Assembly (NCBI GenBank): GCA_964019425.1
Contig: OZ025793.1
Location: 1,426,001 to 1,464,323, forward strand
Reading direction: 5' to 3'
From: Flectonema sp. DT1601
Taxonomy: Eukaryota
DNA: 38,323 bases
Shown: in pieces, positions 1 through 11,200 of the stretch
Layout: each line of letters opens with the position of its first letter
Position numbering within the stretch: position 1 is the first letter of the stretch
The notes under the pieces: generated by a model
What the model was told of the DNA's origin: nothing
The model's database searches: none
The model's input: the letters and a program-made list of their open reading frames with translations, nothing else
Position numbers and translations under genes: made by a program

Positions 1-1
1 T

Positions 2-3000
2 CACGAGACATACGACAGAAAGTTCTGCGATGAAGGGGAGTCGGTCTCTTTTGTGAAGGAGATACTGAGTTTTTCATACCAGAAATCTATCGACGGCGGT
101 GGAAAGTGCGGCGCTCGAGCGGTCGATCCTGAAGAGTGGAAGAAACTTGGTTGGTGCGGATACAGCGTCACTACTGAAGGGCTTTGCGTGTCTGTTCCTG
201 AAGACGACGTCGTATCAGTTCAACCGTTTAGACTTGGAGACGGATGCTTTTGTGAGAATGAGCTGACAGGTTTGAATCTTGGAGCCTGCAGTGTTGATGA
301 TGGTCTTTGCAAACCTGTTACAGCACCACCTACACCAATTCCAACAGAGCGGCCAACACCTCCTCCGTTGGCCACAATCGAAGGAACCTTTCTCGGTGAC
401 TGGAAGGGCATCGGATTTTGTGTCGATAAGATTGGAACCAAAATGGCGAGCTACGAAAACCTTTTAATAAAACCTGTAGTCACTGTCACTCTGTCAGATG
501 ATCAGATGCAGCCTTCTTCTAATGGAGGTCTCGGACAGTTCTATCTCGGAGATGCTTTTTGGGAAATGCGCTGCCGTGAGAAGATAGTACAACTTGGTAA
601 GTTGAACTGCGATGTGAAGGGTTTTGCTTTTACGAAGGCGACGGATGATAATTCGATTTCTCCGATTTGTTCGGCAATTGTGTCGAAGAGGATTCTAGAA
701 ATTGAGGGGGATGGTGAATGGGTTTGGACGCCGTCTGAAATTACAATTCAAAGCGAGTACCCAGTTGACGGTGATAGCAATTCAGATTCTGACTGCTACA
801 CATATACTGGTGGTCCCTGCAGTCAAGCGGATTCATGTGCAGCCTGCTACGAAGCAAATTGCGTCTTTCAAGAAGGTGTCTGCAGAAGGAACACAGCTGA
901 AGCGAATATCTGCACTTCGGACTGTTTTGTTAGCTTCCGTGACTCCTGTGATTCCGAAACAGTTGCCCGCTTTGGTTTAACTGTCAGATCCGCGTCGCAA
1001 ACAAAGTACGAAGATCTTCGAGAAATGTTCTTCACTCAGCCAGTTCTTGGAACTATAAATGGTTTGACTCAGCCGACTGACCACGATTTTGATTTCGTTT
1101 ATTTGGTCGACAAGGAGAGCTGTGAAGCTGCAGGATATCTCGACATCACTTTAGCCGAGGAATGCAAAGTTGCTCTTTGTGGTCTCGTTGACGTCACACT
1201 TCTCATCGATGTGCCAAACCCTCCCTCTAGTCACATCACTGCTGGAACTGCACCACTCGGCTGTTCAGTTCAGTGCAGTGATGGGAGTGGAGCATTTTGT
1301 TCCTACAAAAACAGTTGGTTTCAAAGTCCTGTTTTTAATTATGCACTTGGAAATCCGAAGCCAGACTGCAGGAACACGGCAAAGCAAAACATCCGTTGCG
1401 TTTGCAAAAGAGATTTAGGTCCTGTTTTAACACCCGACGAAAACTGTCTTCAAGGGGGAACTGCTGATTACGTTTTACAAGAATATGGACCTGGATGTGG
1501 AACGACTGCTCTAACTGACCCGTCAGGGAAAACGGTTCCGTCAGCTGAAGTGACGGATGTGATATCGATGGATGAATGTCGAAAAGCAACTTGTTCTCTA
1601 TTGGGATACAAACTCGGTGATGGGAACTCTATTGCTTGGAATTCGTACCCAGTTCTGGATGGAGATCAATATCGATCTGCTTACAGTGGAGCCGGTATCT
1701 ATATCACGGCAAGGGACACTGAAGGTGTCACAATCGACACATCAGTCGGAGATGAGCCATTTCGCGGAGGATGTTCAGCTGTGAGAGATGCTTCTGGTAA
1801 TCCCTACCAAGTGTTTTACCTTCCTCAGAATGTTTGTCCTTTTTACAATTCGTCTGTCGGTAAATTCGGAAGTTGCAACCTCGACAACGGCTGTCAATCA
1901 CATCCTGACGGTAGCTGTACAGCTCTCAGAGAAGGGTTTGGATTGTGTACTAAGAAACTCCCCTGTCTGTGTCGGAGATTAGCTCCGAAGATAAAGGACG
2001 CAGTGATCATGGCTCACCTTCCGATTCTCTTAACGGGAGTTGTATACGATGATGTGTTCAATGAAAATACTCGAAGTGTGACAGGTAAAGCAAAAGCGGA
2101 TTCCCTTTATGCGGAGCTGCACGCAATAGTTTCGTCTTGTTTATCAACATTATCGAGTAAGACAATCATACCCTCGTCTGATGGTTTTTCTGGAGGTCGC
2201 TTGGTAATCGAAATTACAGCCGTGGTGCCAGAAAACACACTTACGGAATCGAAGAAGCTCTTAGAGCAATGTCTTAGTGGGACTCTACAAACAGAATTTC
2301 AGACGGAGAAACCTTCTCTCACAGATGACTCACAAGCCGTGACGATAAACACTGAAGACATCATTTCTGGTTATTGTCCAATACAAACAGATTTCTGGGG
2401 ATCAGGGACGGCAAAAGAGTGTAACCCATGTACTGGATCGACAGCGTCAGAGGTACAGTGCGGTAATTTACAAACAACTGGGGACACCGTTGAGCAAAAT
2501 AGTTTCGTAGAAGTCAGTTTGGAAGCCGGAGAGACGCAAAGCTTCGTTTTTAATGCCTACTCTGCCTCAGAAATTGGCGGAGAAGATGTTATGATGACGG
2601 TAAAGAAACATCAACGCACTGGTGGAGCTCACTTTGGTGTGATGATCGGAGACAATCCAGTGATGGATTTCTCAAAAGATATGTTTCAGCCGAGTGGTTC
2701 TCCAAACTTCCACTGCCGCAGTAAGACAGGTACCGAGTACGGTACCGCTGCCTGTACTATTTCAGCGTGCGGAGTCTTTAAAGTTAGCGTGTCGGCAATT
2801 GAAGCAGCAACTCTGACTTTATCACTTTGTTACCAACCACGAGAATGTCCTTGCGATGTGCGGGCAGCAGATGACAAGATTCACGGAAAATGTGTTCTAG
2901 CAAGACCGAAACGAACAATTTTAAACGAAGCAACAGGAGAAATGGTGGGAGTCCCTTCAGTCATGTGTGAATGCGATGTAAACTTTGGAAGGATCTCTCC

Positions 3001-6000
3001 TTCGGGTGAGATCGATTGCACTCAGTGCTCACCGGGAAGGTTTCCCGCACCAAACAGCGCAAAATGGAAGTTGGATGTAACGGAAGTAAATTTAGAAGAA
3101 GGAGAATCTCCTCCATGCGCTTTAGTTTGTGGTCGTTGTGGTGAGGTGGATTGTGGTACCTACAATGCAGATGAAGAGCAATGTGCTTGTGAAGGAGAAC
3201 TGACAGGACCTACCTGTGAAGATTCTTGCAAGAAAGGTTTTTATGGAACTTTCTGCGATGAAACATACAACGCATTAGAATACCAACACGAAAAGATCTT
3301 TGATGGGAAGGAGACAACTACTTGGAATCCCCCTCCCTGGGATGTTGCCCCAAATTCTGAAGCAGTTATCCGACTCGAGGGGATAAGTGAGAAGTCGATG
3401 AAAACCTTATCAATTTCCGTCAATTCCGACCTCGTGAGGCAGGACTCCACTGGTGCGAACTATCCCCCGAAAAGTAGTGAAAACTTAATAACCGCGGCGT
3501 TCTACGCTCCCGAACCTTCGTCTCGTCTCGATTACCAGCCTTTGCTGTTGTTACACATCTTTCAAGGAGACACTGTGACCGTCTACACTCAAAAAGACAT
3601 TCCTGATGAAGCTCCGACTTACGAAGTGTATTGGAGTAGCACAATAAAGAATTACTATGAGGAGATGAATTTTGTCATCTGCCAGGGAATCTTTGGTGAA
3701 AACTTTGAATCAAACATCGATGACGTAATTTACTACAGAGGGTCTGCAGACGATCCCTGGGATCCCAGTAGAGAAAACATTTGGTTGATAATTGTTGTGG
3801 GTGATAAAGTCTGTACAGCAACAGGATATGCGCAGAGATTTGTTTCTTACGGTGACAATAGTATCAGCTCCTTATTTTTAACAAATTGGGAAGAGGTCCA
3901 CTCGCTAAACCAGGAGAGCCCTGTGAGAGCAAATCCCTTTGACCCGAATTACTTGCGGGGCTGCGAATGGGTAGACGGAGCTGAGAACGGCTGCTTACCT
4001 GATGAAGACGAACGAACAAAACGCTGGACTGCACTTTCGGTAATTGGAGGCAACTTAGTTCTTGTCAGGGATGGAGATGTTACAATTCTTCGCAGCTTTT
4101 CGGAAATTTGTTGCATTGGTTCTGTTGGTACTATCCCCTGCCAATGTTCCACAGGACTTGAAAAACGAATGCTGGAAGGTGAGCCATTCGTAAACAACGA
4201 TTTCTTAGTTGGAGAAGATCGCAAGCATACAACTTACAAGATATTTTGGTTGAATCAATTGTTTGAAAATCTGAGTATGCAGGAACTACTTGGTGGTAAC
4301 GAAGAGTTCGCAAACATGAGAGCAACAGCAATCGCTTCAGCACCAGGATATCCAACGTTACTTTTTGATGAGTTCAAAGTAACTTTCCAACTTGCGGATG
4401 ATAAACCGCTTCAAACGTTTACGACCGGCAGTCGTTTTCCGAATTTGGGAATGCCAGCAAACATTCGAATTACAGAACCTGATGATCAGTCAGAAGTTAA
4501 AGTAGTGCATGCCAATGTTGTAGCAGGTGAGCACTCGCTTTACTTTAAAGTCAGAATTTCTGATGGCTTAGACGAGGAAGTCTTCCTCCAACACGACACC
4601 ATCGAACCATTTCTTCTCATGTGCGCTGATCCTTTGACGGCTGAACAGGAAGAAGCGATCTCCATATTGGGAGACTCTTTGACAAATCCAACTGAATTCA
4701 GAGACGTTCTACAAACAGAAAAGGATTGCGAACCTCCGCCCCGCGGTATCAAACTAGTTGGAGATGACAGCAAAGGTGTTATTGTTGGTTCTGAAGGTGG
4801 GCAGGCAGAGTTTGTATTTTCATATCTTGCAATCAACCGACCAGGTAGATTCCGAATTGGATTTCGACACGTGAAGACCGGAATTGAAGTTCTATCAGGA
4901 CAAGTAATTGTTCAGCCGACTGACTGCGAGTCACCTTTAATTTGGTCGGGAGCTGAGGAGTGTCAACGAAACTGTTTAGATACGTCGAAAAACCCGAGTT
5001 GGAATACCTTCACTTGCATCATTCCAATTTCGTCAAATAAACATTGGATTCAACTCTCTGCAGAAGCACTCGGACGAGTTACTGTCACTTTTACACTCGA
5101 GTTGGTTCAAACCTGCTGTGATGGCAAAGGTTTGTGTTGTAATGGAATGCAGGACTGTTATATCGATGAGAACACTGACTATGTTGGAACTGCGAAGATG
5201 TGCAGTTGCTATCAAAACCCTACTCAGGGATTTTGGGACCAACGGCACGACTGCACTAAGTGCAAAACGGGATTTTCTGGTGAATCTTGCGCTGCCTTCA
5301 CAGGATTGACTAAAACAGTCGAATACCAAAATATAAAAACTGCAGGCAGCAGGGATTTCATCGCCTTCAGTGTACAACCTGAGACAGTAACCGAAATTCA
5401 ACTGCGGAGTCGGAACTTCGCAGATGGAGGAGACGCTGATCTCAGTGTGAAATTTATTTCTTGTCCTGGGCAGACAGACATTTTAACTATGGGAAAGCCG
5501 GCACACAATCAAATAGCTGCGCCCTGCAGTGCTCGTGGAACCTGTCATTTGGACTACAATACTGGAAAGACTTACTGTGAATGCTACTCAGGGTACACTG
5601 GGGACAGCTGCACAGAAATTTGTTGTTCTCAACATGGATCTTGCAGCAGCGGAAAGTGCGAATGTTACGCTGATTCACGTGAAGGGTTTTGGGCACCCGC
5701 AGAGAGTGTTTGTGGAAATGGAAACGTTTGCAGCCACACTGGAGGAGCTGATGCAATGACTCCAACTCATTGCTTATTTACAAAAACAGATGAGGAGATG
5801 GGAACACACATTGAAGATTGCACAGAAACTGGTGAAACTCCATTCACGTCTGGGAAGCCTGCGAGACTTTGGATTAGCTGGAGGGAAGTCCCTGTTATAC
5901 GTGCGACGAATGTGAAACACGTTTCGATAACACTTCCCCTCAAAGGAAATCCCTTGTGTAGGAAGCCGCAAAAGGTTTTTGTTTATGCGACGAAAACACA

Positions 6001-8200
6001 GCCCTTTGTAAATGAAAATGTTCCCCCGCCAAACAAAGAAGAACTACGAACACGAGATGGCGAGGACTGGATCGACTGGAGTGTTATTCCTTGCAACATG
6101 TTAGTCAAAAGTACGGACGAACGATCATGTACGACGGATTCTACGTTTCAGGTAAATGACAAAAGATGTCACTGTGATGGGGATTTAATTTGTGTAGTCG
6201 GGAGATGTATCGAACGCAACAGTGCCTGCGACTCCCAAGAGGATCCGGCAACTCCCGGAGAATGTCGTCCAATGTGGATGACTAGTAATAGTATTCTCCC
6301 GATGGTCTTTTCAAACGGGAAATGTGTTTGTAAATTCAAACAACTTCCAAGTGACGAGATTCTTTTAAATAATTGCGAAAATGGAATCTGCCTCCCGCCG
6401 CTCAACAACAGCTATTCTTGGGAGGCGCGTGCGTTCGCTGGAGATCCGATGCCTGAGGATGAGGAAAGTCTTCCTGACGAGTTGAAATGGTCCGGTATAG
6501 ACCCAACCAGTGAGTTGACGAACTATCACGAAATTGCTTCTTTCGTGTCTGACGAGACCAAAAATGTCAAAACGTTGTTAATAACGGATTGGTACAAGAA
6601 GGTAAGTCGCGACAGCGAACGCCCACTGATAGATATTTCTTTTGTTATCGTCACCGAGTCAGACTCGCCGCTGGACTGCCAGCCTTCGATCGATTCAAAA
6701 CCAAATTTAATACTCCTCGGTGGTGGGAGACGGCAACCGAGTCGAATATTTTTATCGATGAAAGATGAGGAGTTATCAAATCTTCAGGATGGCCATCCTT
6801 TTTATAAGTTATTCACAGCTGATGTATCTCCCGGATTCAGAGAATTGATGGACTATTCACACCAGGAGACTACTGAACCAACAGTGTTCGCTCGTAATAT
6901 TCTGAGGTATCAATCGACAAACTCTAGAAAGACTTCAGATGGATCTTGTGGTTCTGGGGAGTGCGCATGTAGCGCAGATGTTGGATTTCAAGATCCGGTA
7001 GATTTTACTCAAATTGGAGAATACATGTTCTTCTTGGCAATCACTGACTGGGAGACTTCTTCAGGAAGTGATGCACCATGTACCACTCCATGGGGTACAA
7101 CATTTAATAAATATCAAAGATATAACATGTTTCAAGGTAGCAGAGAGTTATTTTTTACAAAGGGAATACCTACCGAGTACGATGGCAGTAACTTGAATGA
7201 GGTTACTACTTCTGATATTCGTATTGGATCACCAGTTTATCCCTCGATGGCTGACGGCGATGCGACTCAACAAAAGAAACAATTAGCAGCAATGCGTGTC
7301 TTTACGAGAGCGAAGGAACTCAATAAGATGAAAATTGCAACCAGCGATTCGAAACTGCTTACGATGTCATTAGTGTTCGTATCAACTGAGAAGGCAGGCG
7401 ACACAGTAACGACAAAGACTGTTTCTAATAACGAGCAAATTAAATCAGAACTAATGCCACAAGTTTGGGTGATGAGAATCAACTCTGCTACGGGGAGGCC
7501 ATCGACGAACGAAATTATAGCTTCTGATGCAGTCTTTCCATCGTACTTGACTCCGTTAGAATCTACTGCGAATGACGGCTTCGACGTTTTGATGTTCCTC
7601 GCGGAAATGAAAAAGACTTGGTACACGACATCTGATCATTTCCCACTTGGGAATACCCGCGGTCCTGGTGGTGCTGAAGCCTCTCATCAATATTTAGTGG
7701 CGAGGAGATTAGATGTTTGGGTTTTTATGGGATCTAAAGAAATATCCAAAAGGATCGCTCTGGCTGTGGATGACAATGTTTCACCCTGCGAGCATCCACA
7801 GGGACATCCCGGGTTTGTGCTTCACAAGGGAAGGTATTTTTTTATTTTTGATAATGGAGAAGGTTATAATTTATATCAATGGTACCTCAATGATGATGAA
7901 GCTACAATTGTCCGACCTATCGACTCTGAGGGAGTGCAGTTTTCACCAGTCCTACCACCGTTAAATCTTGGGTACTCGAAGTTAGTATCAACACCTCTCG
8001 GATTAGTTGTTCCTCTTGCTCGGAATCAACCCAAAGGTACCCGCAATCCGAAGCAAAACCCGGGCTGTCTTCGTATCCCTGGATGTGAGCCAACGATGAC
8101 CCAACACATTTACCAAAAGCAGTTTCGCTGTCTTGACATATGGCGCGGTAACGTTGAACTTTATTTTATCTCTGTAGATAACAAATTCACAGTGTCTCAG
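2..8200 (+). CDS. Giant gene, first visible exon: Cys-rich repeats, SEA-like and PPC-like modules, EGF-like repeats, start of propeller-like region
   Basis: Stop-free frame from 2 to the donor CAG|GTATGT at 8200/8201 (phase 0). Many CxC...G(F/Y)xGxxC motifs. Confidence 0.92.
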
Positions 8201-11200
8201 GTATGTCGTCTTTTTCGTTATTCTTTTGGTTCAGTTGTCATGAATGTTCTTTCTTTAAAACAGAAAATAACAAACAGGTCTCCGACTACAACGACATAGA
8301 CCTCGCCACGGATCCGCTTTGGGTAACTCCAGTAAATGGGGGTGTAAATGGTTTTGTGTGGGTCGGTCACGATGAGGGAGCTTCAAATATTGGCTGTCAC
8401 CTGACAAACAGATCTGTTGACGGAAAGAGGTATCCGATGCAGCAATTCCTGAAGCCCGACAAGCAGACTTTGTATCACACAAAAATCAGCAATGAGGGTG
8501 AATCTAAAACCCAAGTCATTTGGAGATCTAATCTTCCGTTGAAGATTACGGGAATTACTATCAAGATAGAAGACGAGGAAGGACCTGTTGGTGTCCTATT
8601 CTGGGGATATGATCCAGAGGAACTTTCGGTAATTTATGATGCAGCTGAAGCTGATCCAAGTCTCAACTCTATCCAATCTCTGTGTTTTCCACCTGGCCGT
8701 ATTCAGTCTATAAAAACTAATGTAAACGGCGAACCACACATCATAAAAGTTCTCTCTGGTGCGAATGTCCCGTCTTACTCTGGTTGCAATCGAATTCTGT
8801 TTTATGCAACTGAGACGTTCGACGTGTCAAACCCATTCGTAGTCGAACGTCTGATTTCTGGTTCTGATGATGACGGTCTCGGAGTTCCAACAAAACAATG
8901 TTGTCCTCGCAATTTAAGATCATCATTTTCTTCTAATGCTTATGATCTCGAAGATCCAAGACAGGCTGGGCTTATGACCGCACAGTCACGAAGTCATAAG
9001 AGGAAAGTTTCTTCACTTTCAAACTCGGCATCACGAAAACTAAAGGAGGAAGATAATCCTGCAGGCGGCGACCCAATGATGGGCGGTGAAGGTGGCAACC
9101 AGATGATGGGTGGTGAAGGCGGAAACCCAATGACCGGTGGCGAAGGAGGCAACCCAATGATGGGCGGCGAAGGCGGAAACCAGATGATGGGTGGCGAAGG
9201 CAGCGACCCAATGACCGGTGGCGAAGGCAATCAGATGATGGGCGGCGAAGGCGGAAACCCAATGATGGGTGGTGAAGGCGGCGACCCAATGACCGGTGGC
9301 GAAGGCAACCAGATGATGGGTGGTGAAGGCGGAAACCCAATGATGGGTGGTGAAGGCGGAAACCAGATGATGGGTGGCGAAGGCAACCAGATGATGGGCG
9401 GCGAAGGTGGTGACCCAATGATGGGTGGTGAAGGCGGAAACCCAATGACCGGTGGCGAAGGCGGAGACCCAATGATGGGTGGCGAAGGCGGCAACCAGAT
9501 GATGGGCGGCGAAGGTGGTGACCCAATGATGGGCGGTGAAGGCGGAAACCCAATGACCGGTGGCGAAGGCGGAGACCCAATGATGGGCGGTGAAGGCGGC
9601 GACCCAATGACCGGTGGCGAAGGCGGAGACCCAATGATGGGCGGCGAAGGTGGTGACCCAATGATGGGCGGTGAAGGCGGCAACCAGATGATGGGTGGTG
9701 AAGGCGGCGACCCAATGATGGGCGGTGAAGGCGGCGACCCAATGATGGGTGGCGAAGGCGGAAACCAGATGATGGGCGGCGAAGGTGGTGACCCAATGAT
9801 GGGTGGCGAAGGCGGAAACCCAATGACCGGTGGCGAAGGCGGAGACCCAATGATGGGCGGCGAAGGTGGTGACCCAATGATGGGCGGTGAAGGCGGCAAC
9901 CAGATGATGGGTGGTGAAGGCGGCGACCCAATGATGGGCGGCGAAGGCGGCAACCAGATGATGGGAGGCGAAGGTGGTGACCCAATGATGGGTGGTGAAG
10001 GCGGAAACCCAATGACCGGTGGCGAAGGCGGAGACCCAATGATGGGCGGGGAGGGTGGTGAAGGAAATCCTTGCGACGGTGGGGGAGAAGGCCCTCATGG
10101 AGGTCCCTCAGATGAGTGTGGTCCCAAGGAAGAAGTTTACGATTCACCGAAGGGGTGCCTGAGTTGCTCTGATTACCAGTACTCAAATTACATTGTTGGA
10201 GATAGGTTGCTCTACAGCACTAGCAGCGTATGGTCACATCCTCACAGTGGGTGGTGGTTTACTGGATATCAATCAATGTGGAAAGATAACCGGTTGAGTG
10301 ATGATATATCATCCAGTGAACTTTACCGCCCTGGAGGCTTTGCTTGGCGTGAAGCATGGCCTGAGTTGCTAGGTATTTGGGAGATGCAGCCTATTGAACA
10401 GAGAGACGACTGCGAAACCTGCCAGGAAGGATACTACGGGGCTAATTGCTTGTATAAGTGTCCGATAGCTCATTGTAGTACGAAGTCTGTGGATAAATGC
10501 TTACCTCCGGCGTGTCATTGGCATGGAGAAGAAGAAGGTTGCATAGGTGAAATGTGCTCTGGTTACGGCTGCAATGAAGGTATTCATGGAAATGGAACGT
10601 GTTTGTGTCCATTCCCGAATATGGGAGATGCATGCGAGCTTGGTCATAATACTGGATACGAGATTCACGAGATTTTCGTAACCGCTGATGCACCTGTTTT
10701 TATTTCAAAAGAAAATGCTGGAGAGTCACGTCCTACATTTAAGCAATGCTCATCGCATGTGTGTGGAGTGTCATCTGATGAGCCGTGTTGCGGGAGATCT
10801 CCAGAACCTATGCGGGTATCACCTGAAGACTTTATTGTCCTTTCATTTACAGAAATGGTTCTGCCTAAAAAAAGTGCATCGGAGATTATGTTGACGTTAT
10901 TCGAGGCTCCTGGCATATGCCCACAAGGGGAATCAACTACGCTGCATGTTTACTACGTGCATGACTTTCCACCTTGGGTGGAAGATGTACGTGGCAGGCA
11001 AACTGAGTCACTGTTATCAACTTCATTATTTCGGTCTGTTGATTTAAGTGCTTATCCACTTGTCGCTGAAATTGCACTTGATCGGCCTACCGCAGTCGGA
11101 GAAGTTCAGGGATTTGGTCTAGATCTCAGTTACTTCACGTCTGATGTAACTGATGTTACATTCGTTGTTTTCGGCAGTTCTTCAACATGCGTCCCACGTT

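Noticed and set aside
53..55. Start codon of the giant gene at 53
   Set aside because: It is a GTG in a frame open to the window edge, with no signal peptide. The true start is upstream.
8200..8299. Programmed frameshift or separate overlapping genes at the ORF1/ORF2 overlap; alternative acceptor at 8263
   Set aside because: A canonical 77-bp intron explains the frame change. The 8263 acceptor would lead to the stop at 8299.
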